The notes: generated by a model from the letters alone, not told the origin. DNA of 64,000 bases from an uncultured delta proteobacterium (GCA_963789115.1 CAWBJH010000001.1:1225419-1289418); one strand, 5' to 3'. Counted from the stretch's first letter, positions 1-11,469 are shown. Numbers and translations: made by a program.

Positions 1-1233
1 TCTCCATCACGATGACGGTGGAATCGATGATGATCCCGAAATCGACCGCGCCCAGCGATATAAGGTTGGCCGGTGTATCCGACAGCCGCATCAGGGTGAA
101 CGCCCCCAGCAGCGCCAGCGGGATGTTGATTGCGGCGATGATCGCGGTGCGCAGATTGCCGAGGAAGAAGATCAGCACCACAAACACCAGCGCCATACCG
201 ATCGAGAGATTCTCCATCACCGTGCGAAGCGTCATGTGAACCAGCCCGGTGCGATCGTAATAGGGAATTACCCGGTAGCCCTTGGGCAGGATGCCCGAGG
301 TGTTCAGCGACCGGACCTTGGCTTCCACGCCCGTGAGCGTCTTGAGCGTGTCGCCGTACTTGCGCATCAGGACGATTCCCGTGACAACCTCGTCGCGATC
401 GATCCCCTCGCGGTCCTGCATCCCCACGATTCCGAGCCGCGGCGCATAGCCGACACTCACCGTAGCCACGTTGCTGACCCGGATCGGCGTGGATTTGTTG
501 GCCGAAAGCACGATGCCGCGAATGTCGTCGAGCGAGTGGATGAAGCCGATGCCGCGGACGTCGAACGCCTGCTCGCCCACGGTCAGGTAGTTGCCGCCGA
601 CGCTGGTGTTGGAGTTGGCGATCGAGCTTACCAGCGTCGCGAGCGGAACCTGGTAGTAAGTCAGTTTCTGCGGATCGACTTCGACGTGGTATTCCTTGGT
701 CAGCCCGCCGAAACCCGAGACGTTGATCACCCCGTCAACCGTCTTGAGTTGCTTCTCCAGTATCCAGTCCTCGACTTCCTTCTCCTTGATCAGGTCGTGG
801 TCGGGACTATCGACCCAGTAGCGGTAGATCTCGCCGATCGGATTCTCGGGCGATATTCCGGCCGACACACCCTGCGGCAGGCCGATGAAGCCGAGGCGAC
901 TGATGGTCTCGACGCGATCCTGGAAGTAGTCGCTGTCCCACGAGAAGTAGCAGCGGATGTCCGACAGGCCAAACAGCGAGATCGACCTGAGCGATTCCAA
1001 ATTCCGCATCCCGGCCAGCCCCACCTCGAGCGGCACCGTGACCAGCTTCTCGACCTCTTCGGCGCTGAGCCCGTTGGGCAGCGTCAGCACCTCGACCATC
1101 GGCTGCACCGGGTCGGGATAGGCTTCGATATCGAGCTGGGCAAACGAATAGACGCCGGCCACCACCAGCGCCAGCGCGACGCCGATGACGATCACGCGCT
1201 CGCTCAGCGCCAGCTCCATCAACGCTTGGATCA
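1..1233 (-). CDS. Heavy-metal-efflux RND permease (CzcA/CusA family); N-terminal ~410 aa, gene continues beyond the window start
   Basis: Minus-strand reading from ATG at ~1233 gives MIQALMELALSERVIVIGVALALVVAGVYSFAQLDIEAYPDPVQPMVEVLT..., typical of the AcrB/CzcA RND N-terminus. Sits downstream of MFP and OMP genes in czcCBA order. Absent from the ORF track because the stop lies outside the window. Confidence 0.85.
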
Positions 1234-1258
1234 TAGCCCGGCCTCTTTCAGCGTCCCT

Positions 1259-2395
1259 CTATGAAGCTTCGCCGTGAGCCTCGTGCCAGAGCGCGTTGAC
1301 CTGGATGGTTTCGCTCGCGACCACATTCTCACCGGCCTCGAGGCCTGCGGTCACCCTGGCGAAGCCTTGTTCGTTCCATGAACCGATTGCGACGCGGCGC
1401 CGTTCGACACGGTCGGGGCCGGCCTGAACGAAGGCGTAGTAGCCGTCGGTCTCGAACACCAGCGCGGTCTGCGGCACGACCAGCGCGGCACCGGGACGCG
1501 TGATGATCTTCACCCGCGCCAGCATCTGGGGCTTCAGCTTGTAGCCGGGGTTGCGAACCTGGCATCGGATCTGCGCGGTGTGAGTGTTCGGATCGATATT
1601 GGGGCTGAGCTTCGCGATGACACCCTCGAACACTTGGTCCGGAAAGGCCGTGGTCACGGCCGCGAGCTTCTGACCTTCATGCACGCGCGCAAGGTCGTCT
1701 TCATAGATGTCGGCGATGATCCAGACGTCGTCCAGCGTGCCGAGCACGTACAGCTCGTCGCCCGGATTGACCTGCGCGCCGCGCAGGGCTTTCTTTTCCA
1801 CCACCGTCCCGCTGATCGGCGCGCGCATCCAGAGCGTCGGACTCGGCGCCTTGACGGCGTTGATGTCGGCGTCCTCCATCCCGAGCAGCTCGAGCTTGCG
1901 CTTGGCGGCCGCGGCCATCGCGGAGGCCAGCCCGCCCGCATCCGTCATCCCGGGCGCGGTGCTGAGCCGCGAGGTTGAGAGCGCTTGAAGATACTCGGCC
2001 TCGGCGGTCATGAAGTCGGGGCTGTAAAGGGCAACGATCGGTTCGCCGCGCCGGACGGTATCCCATTGCGAGACGCGAGTGTCCTCGATGCGCCCGGTGA
2101 CGCGCGAGACGATCGTGGACACGCGCCGATCGTCGAACGTAATCTGACCCGAGGTCTCGAGAACCCCGGGCAACTCAACGTTGGCAACCGCGGCGAACCT
2201 CATCCCGGGAAGGTCGGCCGGGCTTAGCTTCATCAAGTCGGGTCCCCCGAACTGGCGGACGATCTGCGGAACCGAGGCCGTCGGCTCGACCGCGGCGCGC
2301 CCCGCCGGCGAGCTTTCGCATCCCGCGCCGCCAAACGCGATCAGAGCAACCAGCGCGGCCAGAGGCGCAAATCCGATTTTCCTGTGCTCCTTCAC
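1259..2395 (-). CDS. RND efflux periplasmic adaptor subunit (HlyD/CzcB-like membrane fusion protein)
   Basis: 378-aa ORF with a signal/lipobox-like N-terminus (LIAFGGAGC) and MFP-family architecture (biotinyl-lipoyl-like beta-barrel segments). Translationally coupled to neighbours. Confidence 0.85.
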   Translation of the reverse strand: MKEHRKIGFAPLAALVALIAFGGAGCESSPAGRAAVEPTASVPQIVRQFGGPDLMKLSPADLPGMRFAAVANVELPGVLETSGQITFDDRRVSTIVSRVTGRIEDTRVSQWDTVRRGEPIVALYSPDFMTAEAEYLQALSTSRLSTAPGMTDAGGLASAMAAAAKRKLELLGMEDADINAVKAPSPTLWMRAPISGTVVEKKALRGAQVNPGDELYVLGTLDDVWIIADIYEDDLARVHEGQKLAAVTTAFPDQVFEGVIAKLSPNIDPNTHTAQIRCQVRNPGYKLKPQMLARVKIITRPGAALVVPQTALVFETDGYYAFVQAGPDRVERRRVAIGSWNEQGFARVTAGLEAGENVVASETIQVNALWHEAHGEAS

Positions 2396-3666
2396 CTTGG
2401 CAACGGCTCTCCTATCGCCTGCTCCAGCGCGACCTCGCCGGCCAGGAACTGGTTGGCGGCCTGCAGGTAGGCGACTCGCGCATCGTAAAATCGCCGCAGC
2501 GCCCCGGCCAGAGTGAGGAAATCAACCTTGCCCGAAGAGTATGCCACCAGCGCAACCGCGAAGTCCTGCCGCGCGAGCGGAATCAGCGAGTCGCGATACA
2601 GCGACGCGGTGCGATAGGCGAGCTGCGCCGTGCGGTACAGCCCGGTCACGGTCGCCGCGGTCTGGCTCTTGATCGAGCCCAGGTCGTCGCGCGCGGCCTC
2701 CAGATCGTAGCTCGCGCGTCTTACGTCTTCGTTCTGCTTGAACCAAAAAAAAATCGGCGCGTTGAACGAGATCGAAAAGCCGTGGTCCTGCATGCGGCCA
2801 TTTGGGGACGGCGCGAAACTCGATAGCAGATAATTGTCGAAGGTGTAGCCCAGCGTATAATCGGGCGCGTACTCGAGCCGGGCCAGTTGCAGCGCGATCG
2901 CGGAATTGCGCTCGGTGAGCGCGGTCTCCAGGATCTCCTGGCGCACCTCGCCCGCGCGCTGGGTGAGCGTGTCGAGCGGGGTCTCAAGCGTCCGAAGCTC
3001 GAGCCTCCGGTCGATCGCGAGCGGCTCGTCGGGCGGCCGATAGAGGAGCTGGTTCAGGACGGTCCTGTCGTTTTGTTCCGCGGTGCGCAATTGGTCGCCC
3101 TGCTGCCGGGCGGCGGCGAGATCGAACTCGGCACTGATGAAGTCGGTCTGCGTCACCTGATTCGCCGAGTAGGCAACCTGCGTCACCTGCCGCACCCGCT
3201 TCAGGTTGTCCACGTTCTCCGCGGTAACGTCCGCCAGGGATCCGTCGAGCAGGTCCTGGTAGTAGGCAGTCTCAACCTGCGCACGGAGGTCCCGGATCGT
3301 CGCGGCGTAGGTGAGCCGCGCGATATCGGCCGCGCGGATGGCGTGGTCGCCTTGCAGGATTGCCTTGCCCGGAAACTGCAGGGCTTGCGTGACCGCCAGC
3401 GTGTGCAAGGAGGCGTCGCTGAAACCGTTAGTGGCGCTGTCGACGTTCAGATAGCCGAAGGTCGGGTCGGCCGGCGCGTAGTTCTGGCGTATCGAATGTT
3501 TCGCGGAATCCCATCGCGCGCGGGCGGACTTGACCTGTGGGTTCGCCTCCAGCCCGATCTCCACCAACTGCTCGACCGAAAGCGCCGGCTCAGCCCTCAC
3601 GCGTGCGGCCGGAACCACGGCCGCAATCGCGAGCCCGGCAGCCAGAATCAATTTCCTGATTCGCAT
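2392..3666 (-). CDS. TolC-family outer membrane efflux protein (CzcC-like)
   Basis: 424-aa ORF with an N-terminal signal peptide (MRIRKLILAAGLAIAAVVPAARVRA). Two-repeat coiled-coil composition typical of OEP/TolC. Its stop overlaps the MFP start. Confidence 0.8.
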   Translation of the reverse strand: MRIRKLILAAGLAIAAVVPAARVRAEPALSVEQLVEIGLEANPQVKSARARWDSAKHSIRQNYAPADPTFGYLNVDSATNGFSDASLHTLAVTQALQFPGKAILQGDHAIRAADIARLTYAATIRDLRAQVETAYYQDLLDGSLADVTAENVDNLKRVRQVTQVAYSANQVTQTDFISAEFDLAAARQQGDQLRTAEQNDRTVLNQLLYRPPDEPLAIDRRLELRTLETPLDTLTQRAGEVRQEILETALTERNSAIALQLARLEYAPDYTLGYTFDNYLLSSFAPSPNGRMQDHGFSISFNAPIFFWFKQNEDVRRASYDLEAARDDLGSIKSQTAATVTGLYRTAQLAYRTASLYRDSLIPLARQDFAVALVAYSSGKVDFLTLAGALRRFYDARVAYLQAANQFLAGEVALEQAIGEPLPR

Positions 3667-3683
3667 CGACCTCCCCAGCCCTC

Positions 3684-3711
3684 CCTATAGTTGATAGAGA
3701 CTCAATGTCAA
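3684..3711 (-). promoter_or_regulatory. Candidate sigma70 promoter of the czcCBA-like operon
   Basis: On the minus strand TTGACA (-35) is followed by a 16-17 nt spacer, TATAGG (-10), then GGAGG ~8 nt before the ATG at 3666. Confidence 0.3.
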
Positions 3712-3865
3712 CGCGGCGCTTTCTTCTTTGTTTCGGAGCGACCGTGTCCGGGCGGCCAACGCTGCAGCGATGGTCAATTGACAATTAAATAGAATTGAGG
3801 GGCCAAGCGAAAGCGCACAGGCGCACCGCGCCGGGCGAGGAACGGCCGTGGCAACCGCCTGCTCT

Positions 3866-6475
<2,610 letters not shown>

Positions 6476-6599
6476 GACTGTACTCCAAGCTAACCACTTT
6501 TCGGCCCCCGGCAAACGGGGCAGCCGCGGCCCTCTGCGCAGGCGGGTCGCAGAGCCGCCCTGCGAACGATTTGCCAATCAGGCTGCAAGCCGACCGGCG

Positions 6600-7943
6600 C
6601 TACGCGCCGGCGATCGTCATCTCGCTCAGCTTGAGGCTCGGGGAGGCGGTCGAGGAACGCCAACGCAGGTCGTTGCCGATCATCTCGATCGACTGAAACA
6701 TATCGGTCAGGTTGCCGGCGATCGTGATCTCCTGGACCGGGTAGGCAAGCTCGCCGTCCTCGATCCAAAGCCCGCTCGCGCCGCGCGAATAGTCACCGGT
6801 CACCAGGTTGACGCCGAAACCGATCAGTTCGGTGACGTACAGTCCGTGCTTGACCGAGCGGATGATCTCTTCGGGCGAGTACGGGCCGGGCTGGAGATAG
6901 AGGTTGGTCGGACTCACCGAGGGCGCCTCGCCCACGCCGCGCGCCGCATTGCCGGTGGGCTTCAAGCCGAGCTTGCGCGCTGAATAACAGTCGAGCAGGT
7001 AGCTCGACAGCACGCCCTTCTCCACGATCGCCTTGCGCGTGGTCGCAAGCCCCTCGCCGTCGAAGGGCTTCGAGCCAAGCCCGCCCGCAATCGTCCCGTC
7101 GTCGAGGATCGTCACATTGGGCGAGGCCACTTGCGCTGCGAGCTTGCCCACCAGGAACGAAGCCCCGCGATAGAGCGAAGGACCCGAGGCCGCGCCCGCC
7201 ATCGAGCGGATTAGCCCCGCCGCGATCTCCGGGTCGAAGACCACCGGCGCGCGGGTGGTCTTGATCTTGCGCGCGCCGAGGCGCCGCAGCGCGCGGCGCG
7301 CCGCGGTGAGTCCGACCGATTCGGGCTCTTCGAGCCGGTCGTAGCGGCGGTCAGCCGTGTACCAGTAGTCGCGCTGCATCCCGTCGGCGTCCTGCGCAAC
7401 CGGCACCACCGTCAGGCTGTAGGAGGTACCCGCGTACTCGCCGGAGAATCCCTGGCTGTTGGCGAACAGCACCTCGTAGCAGCCCGAATCGAACTCCGCG
7501 CCCTCGGAGTTCTTGATTCGCGCGTCGAGCTTGAGCGCCGCGTTTTCGGCCCTGCGCGCGATCTGCAGGGCATGGTCGGCGTCGATGATCCGATGCTCGC
7601 GGTCGTCGAGCTCGAGCTCGACGAGATGGCGCGGATGAAGCGACGGTTCGGGCAGGCCGGAACACGGATCGCTCGCCGTCAGACGGGCCATCTGCACGGT
7701 CTGCGCGATGAAGTCCTCGAGCGCGTCGCGCTCCAAATCGGCCGTGGCGGACGTCGCCGAGGACTGTCCGGTGAAAACCCGAAGCCCCAGACGCCGCTCG
7801 CGCGAACTCTTAAGCTTCTCAACTTCGCCCAGCCGCACGCCCGCCGAGAGCGACTCGGCGCCGACGATCATGATCTCGGCGGCGCTCGCCCCCGCGTGCG
7901 AGGCCCGGCCAAGCGCCCATTGCGCCAGTTCCAGTTGCGCCAT
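6600..7943 (-). CDS. pmbA: TldE/PmbA-family metalloprotease
   Basis: 447-aa ORF with PmbA/TldD-fold composition. Adjacent to tldD. Confidence 0.8.
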   Translation of the reverse strand: MAQLELAQWALGRASHAGASAAEIMIVGAESLSAGVRLGEVEKLKSSRERRLGLRVFTGQSSATSATADLERDALEDFIAQTVQMARLTASDPCSGLPEPSLHPRHLVELELDDREHRIIDADHALQIARRAENAALKLDARIKNSEGAEFDSGCYEVLFANSQGFSGEYAGTSYSLTVVPVAQDADGMQRDYWYTADRRYDRLEEPESVGLTAARRALRRLGARKIKTTRAPVVFDPEIAAGLIRSMAGAASGPSLYRGASFLVGKLAAQVASPNVTILDDGTIAGGLGSKPFDGEGLATTRKAIVEKGVLSSYLLDCYSARKLGLKPTGNAARGVGEAPSVSPTNLYLQPGPYSPEEIIRSVKHGLYVTELIGFGVNLVTGDYSRGASGLWIEDGELAYPVQEITIAGNLTDMFQSIEMIGNDLRWRSSTASPSLKLSEMTIAGA

Positions 7944-7955
7944 TGGTCTCCCCTG

Positions 7956-9404
7956 TCAGGCCCTGGTGCCGCCGACCGTGATTCCGTCGACCCTCAGCGT
8001 CGGCAGCCCTACTCCCACCGGTACCGACTGCCCGTCCTTGCCGCAGGTGCCGATCCCGGAGTCGAGCTCGAGGTCATTGCCGACCATCGAGACCTTGGTC
8101 AGCACGTCGGGGCCGTTGCCGATAAGCGTCGCGCCCTTGACCGGCCGGGTCACGTGTCCGTCCTCGATCAGGTAAGCTTCGCTCGCAGAGAACACGAACT
8201 TGCCATTGGTAATATCGACCTGTCCGCCGCCGAAGCTGACCGCGTAGAGCCCGCGCTGGACGGAGCGGATTATCTCCTCGGCGGTGGAGTCGCCGGCCAA
8301 CATGAAGGTGTTGGTCATCCGCGGCATCGGGCTGTGCGCGAAGCTTTCGCGCCGCCCGTTCCCGGTCGGCGCCATGCTCATCAGCCGCGCGTTGAGCCGG
8401 TCCTGCAGGTAGCCGCGCAGGATTCCCTTCTCGATCAGCACGGTGCGCGAGGTCGGGGTGCCTTCGTCGTCAACGTTGAGGCTGCCGCGCCGATTAGGGA
8501 TGGTGCCGTCGTCAACCACGGTGCAAAGCTCGCTCGCCACGCGCTCGCCGATACGGTTGGCAAAGGCCGATACGCCCTTGCGGTTGAAGTCGCCTTCGAG
8601 TCCGTGGCCGACAGCCTCGTGCAGTATGATTCCCGGCCATCCATGGCCCAGCACCACGACCATTTCGCCGGCCGGCGCGTCGATCGCGTCGAGGTTGACC
8701 AGCGCCTGCCGGACCGCCTCGCGCGCGTACTGTTTCCATCGCTCGTTCTCGAGCAGGTAGCTATATTCGACGCGCCCGCCGCCGCCGAAGCTGCCGACTT
8801 GCCGATTGCCGCCCTCCTCGGCGATCACGCTTACCTGAAGCCTGCACAGCGGCTGCACGTCGGCCGCGATTCGCCCCTCGCTGTTGACGATCAACACCAC
8901 TTTGCGCTCCGCCGCCATCGACGCCATCACCTTCTTTACCCGCGGGTCGGCGGCGCGCGCGGCCTTGTCGATCTCGTTGAGCAGCTTGACCTTGTCCTCG
9001 AGCGGAATTTCCAGGGGGGTGGTCTGAAGGTCGTAAAGCGAATGCCGGCGGACGGACCCGCCGACCTGGACCGCGTCGCGCGGGCCGCTGCGCTGGTCGG
9101 CGATCGCGCGCGCCGCCTCCGCCGCGATCCGCATCCGCTCGACCGTGACCTCGTCGGAGTAGGCATAGCCGGTGCGATCCTCGGCGCAAACCCGCACGCC
9201 CACCCCGTGGCTAAGACTCTTGCTGGTCCGGTTGACCATCGATTCCTCGAGGCTGAGCCCTTCGGCGTCGCGGTACTCGAAGTAGAGATCCGCGTAGTCG
9301 GCCTTGCGCTCGAGCGCCTTTTCCAGGATGCGCTCGAAGGTGCGCTCGCTCATGCCGAAACGGGTGAGGAAGAACTTTTCGGGTGCGGCGAGTTGGTTTG
9401 CCAT
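7956..9404 (-). CDS. tldD: TldD-family metalloprotease
   Basis: 482-aa ORF with the conserved HExxxGH-type TldD core (ILHEAVGHGLEGDFNRKG). Confidence 0.88.
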   Translation of the reverse strand: MANQLAAPEKFFLTRFGMSERTFERILEKALERKADYADLYFEYRDAEGLSLEESMVNRTSKSLSHGVGVRVCAEDRTGYAYSDEVTVERMRIAAEAARAIADQRSGPRDAVQVGGSVRRHSLYDLQTTPLEIPLEDKVKLLNEIDKAARAADPRVKKVMASMAAERKVVLIVNSEGRIAADVQPLCRLQVSVIAEEGGNRQVGSFGGGGRVEYSYLLENERWKQYAREAVRQALVNLDAIDAPAGEMVVVLGHGWPGIILHEAVGHGLEGDFNRKGVSAFANRIGERVASELCTVVDDGTIPNRRGSLNVDDEGTPTSRTVLIEKGILRGYLQDRLNARLMSMAPTGNGRRESFAHSPMPRMTNTFMLAGDSTAEEIIRSVQRGLYAVSFGGGQVDITNGKFVFSASEAYLIEDGHVTRPVKGATLIGNGPDVLTKVSMVGNDLELDSGIGTCGKDGQSVPVGVGLPTLRVDGITVGGTRA

Positions 9405-9573
9405 CGTGAATCTCCGCCTGGCCTTTCACCGATCAGTGTATTATCCGCGCCCTCTCGCCTGCCAGCGGCGAGTTTTCGCCAGCCTGGGCCGTCCGCGAGT
9501 GGTTCCGAGCTTTCGGTCGAGTCGGTCACCCCGACGCGCAGCGCTTCTGCGCCCTCCCCCTATGTGGCAGCTT

Positions 9574-9623
9574 CCTTCTGAGCCCTCTCCCTATGAAATG
9601 GGAGAGGGCCTGGGTGAGGGACC
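9574..9623. repeat. Left terminal inverted repeat (TIR type 2) abutting the DUF559-1 stop codon
   Basis: ccttctgagccctctccctatgaaatgggagagggcctgggtgagggacc. It is an inverted copy of 9976-10027 and is itself an internal palindrome (ccctctccc / gggagaggg). Confidence 0.65.
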
Positions 9624-9958
9624 TACAGGTGCTTGAGAATCTCTTCAAGTACGCCGTCGATGTTGGTCAGCACGTCAGTGTCCCAAAACCTCAGCACGCG
9701 GAAACCAAGCTTGCGCAGGTAGGCACTCCGGCGCTCGTCTCTCGCCTGCTGTGTGGCGTGCTGGCCGCCGTCGAGTTCGATCACGAGCGGGCGCTCGAGG
9801 CAGCAGAAGTCGGCGACAAAGGGTCGGATCGGGTACTGCCGGCGAAATTTCACGCCCAGTTGCCGCGCGCGCAGCCGCATCCAGAGTCTGCGCTCGGCGT
9901 CGGTCTGATCGCGGCGCAAACGTCGGGCGAGATCGCGCATCAGGGGCCGCTTCGACAC
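9623..9958 (-). CDS. DUF559 endonuclease-domain protein (Vsr-like fold), copy 1
   Basis: 111 aa with the hallmark DUF559 pattern (...AERRLWMRLRARQLGVKFRRQYPIRPFVADFCCLERPLVIELDGGQHA...VLRFWDTDVL). Confidence 0.85.
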   Translation of the reverse strand: MSKRPLMRDLARRLRRDQTDAERRLWMRLRARQLGVKFRRQYPIRPFVADFCCLERPLVIELDGGQHATQQARDERRSAYLRKLGFRVLRFWDTDVLTNIDGVLEEILKHL

Positions 9959-9975
9959 GAGGGAACAATATCAAA

Positions 9976-10027
9976 GGTCCCTCACCCAAACCCTCTCCCA
10001 CTGATCATAGGGAGAGGGCTCAGAAGG
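9976..10027. repeat. Right terminal inverted repeat (TIR type 2) upstream of DUF559-1
   Basis: ggtccctcacccaaaccctctcccactgatcatagggagagggctcagaagg. Its reverse complement matches 9574-9623 at ~90%. Confidence 0.65.
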
Positions 10028-10072
10028 AACCAAACCCCGACAACGGAGCGCGGGAGGCAGGCGCGGGAAAAA

Positions 10073-10108
10073 GTCCCTCACCCACGCCCTCTCCCGTTGA
10101 TCATAGGG
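10073..10108. repeat. Degenerate extra half-copy of TIR type 2
   Basis: gtccctcacccacgccctctcccgttgatcataggg. The right stem arm has degenerated. Confidence 0.4.
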
Positions 10109-10254
10109 TCGGGTAGGACGATGGCGCTAACCGGACTTCGAATGATGCCGACGTTTCCATCGTCCCCCTAAGATTCCGTACGGCGGGTTTTCGCCAGGTC
10201 ATGGATCCGGGCTAAGATGGCGCCGTGGCCTCCGATCCACGCGAAACGCTGCCG

Positions 10255-10476
10255 ATGATTGACCGGCTCCTGCTCGCGCTAATCGAGCAGCAGGAGCGCA
10301 AGGTGCTGGAGTTGGGACGCCGGATTCATCCGGGGCTCACGGCCGAGGACATTCGCAATCCGCACGACTTCCCGGCCCTGATGGGGAGCGCAGAGTGGAA
10401 CTTCGAGGACGGCATCCTGGCGGGGCTGAGAAGCGCCCACATGGCTCTCAGAGCCAAGCTGCTGGAAGAGAAGTAA
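10255..10476 (+). CDS. Hypothetical small protein (73 aa from ATG; track ORF starts at GTG 10225)
   Basis: MIDRLLLALIEQQERKVLELGRRIHPGLTAEDIRNPHDFPALMGSAEWNFEDGILAGLRSAHMALRAKLLEEK. The codon third-position bias matches the host. No homology recognised. Confidence 0.4.
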   Translation: MIDRLLLALIEQQERKVLELGRRIHPGLTAEDIRNPHDFPALMGSAEWNFEDGILAGLRSAHMALRAKLLEEK

Positions 10477-10564
10477 AGAGCCGGGTTCCCCTTTTCTTTT
10501 CGTAGCCGGCCTTCCCGCGCCGGTGGCGAGTGCCGGTTCTCCCTGTAGCGCCGGCCTCCGTGCC

Positions 10565-10600
10565 GGTTCTTTTTCTGGTTCTTTTTCTGGTTCTTTTTCT
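10565..10600. repeat. Perfect 12-bp tandem repeat x3 (ggttctttttct)
   Basis: Three exact tandem units. A single-unit homologue of the surrounding sequence is present at ~53437-53465 in inverted orientation. Confidence 0.85.
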
Positions 10601-10844
10601 GTAGCAGGGGCACGCGACGCGGGTCGCGACACGTCACGAAAGAAACAGGGCTCTGCAACTGAATATATGTTGAATGTGGAGTTGCCTCCGCCCCTGCAGG
10701 GCGGATGGGATTTAACGGGCCGATACCCAGGGCGTTGCCCCATAGGCGCTAACCTAAGGTCTAAGCGCTGGGGAGATGGGGAAGGTGAATTGCGCAGGCG
10801 CAAACGGTCGGCGAGTACTGAGGCCGGGGCGCCGGCATATGCTG

Positions 10845-10930
10845 CCCTCGCCCGCATCTTTAGCGGGAGAGGGCAAGCGGCGCGGCAATTGCTCCTTTTT
10901 GCAATCGCCGTGACGCGCGGGTGAGGGTGC
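10845..10930. repeat. Left terminal inverted repeat (TIR type 1, composite hairpin element) downstream of DUF559-2
   Basis: ccctcgcccgcatctttagcgggagagggcaagcggcgcggcaattgctcctttttgcaatcgccgtgacgcgcgggtgagggtgc. Contains a 16-bp perfect-stem hairpin (ggcg(a/g)attgc...gcaatcgcc). Confidence 0.7.
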
Positions 10931-10958
10931 CGGGTCTGCTGCTCAGGGCCTAATCTCA

Positions 10959-11327
10959 CTAGCGGCTGCCGAAGCAGGCCAGAATATTGCTGAGCACTCC
11001 ATCGAGATTCTCAAGTACATCGGTATTCCAAAATCGCACCACCCGATACTTCTGACCTGCAAGCAGGCGCGTCCGCCGCGTGTCGTAGGCTTGCTGTTCA
11101 TGATGCTGTCCGCCGTCAACCTCGACGATCAGCTTCTCCTGCTGACAGACAAAGTCCACGATGAACGGTTCTTTGCGGGCTTGGCGGCGGAATTTGCGCC
11201 CCGCCAGTCGTCGGTCGCGCAGTGCGCCCCACAGTTTTCCCTCTGCGTCGGTTGCATTGACGCGCAGTTCGCGTGAACGCGCAAGCGCAGTCGCCTCGGC
11301 AGGAGCAATTCGAAAAAAACGCCGCAC
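10959..11327 (-). CDS. DUF559 endonuclease-domain protein, copy 2
   Basis: 122 aa: ...AEGKLWGALRDRRLAGRKFRRQARKEPFIVDFVCQQEKLIVEVDGGQHH...VVRFWNTDVL. Paralogous to copy 1. Confidence 0.85.
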   Translation of the reverse strand: MRRFFRIAPAEATALARSRELRVNATDAEGKLWGALRDRRLAGRKFRRQARKEPFIVDFVCQQEKLIVEVDGGQHHEQQAYDTRRTRLLAGQKYRVVRFWNTDVLENLDGVLSNILACFGSR

Positions 11328-11343
11328 TTCGAGCAGGATAGCA

Positions 11344-11429
11344 GCACCCTCACCCGCGCGTCACGGCGATTGCGAGAAGAAGCAATCGCCGCGCCGCTTG
11401 CCCTCTCCCACTAAAAATGTGGGAGAGGG
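11344..11429. repeat. Right terminal inverted repeat (TIR type 1), reverse-complement copy of 10845-10930
   Basis: gcaccctcacccgcgcgtcacggcgattgcgagaagaagcaatcgccgcgccgcttgccctctcccactaaaaatgtgggagaggg. About 90% identical to rc(10845-10930) and to the solo copy at 52309-52384. Confidence 0.7.
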
Positions 11430-11469
11430 AGGACACGCGCCTCGTCCCCGTCTCACATCAACTCTTAAG

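Larger units (their letters stand above)
9574..10027 (-). mobile_element. Candidate TIR-bounded DUF559 cassette 1 (454 bp)
   Basis: A single DUF559 ORF lies exactly between inverted copies of a ~50-bp element. No transposase is present. Confidence 0.4.
10845..11429 (-). mobile_element. Candidate TIR-bounded DUF559 cassette 2 (585 bp)
   Basis: The DUF559 ORF sits 28 nt and 17 nt from inverted copies of an ~85-bp composite hairpin element. A solo copy of the same element exists at 52.3 kb. Confidence 0.4.

Noticed and set aside
236-1264. 342-aa plus-strand ORF at the window start
   Set aside because: It lies antisense to a clear CzcA/CusA-family RND permease reading frame and has Arg/Asp/Val-rich composition typical of high-GC shadow ORFs. 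The 1379-residue and 669-residue plus-strand ORFs opposite rpoB and tldD are rejected for the same reason.
3777-3800. Plus-strand TTGACA ... TAGAAT promoter-like hexamers
   Set aside because: The spacing between the hexamers is only 6 nt and there is no plus-strand gene downstream (clpB is on the minus strand). The sequence is treated instead as a possible operator palindrome.
9593-10171. 192-aa ORF spanning DUF559-1 antisense and the TIR repeats (contains repeated PHPxPLPLIIG)
   Set aside because: The repeated peptide is just the translated palindromic repeat. It overlaps the well-supported DUF559 gene on the other strand.
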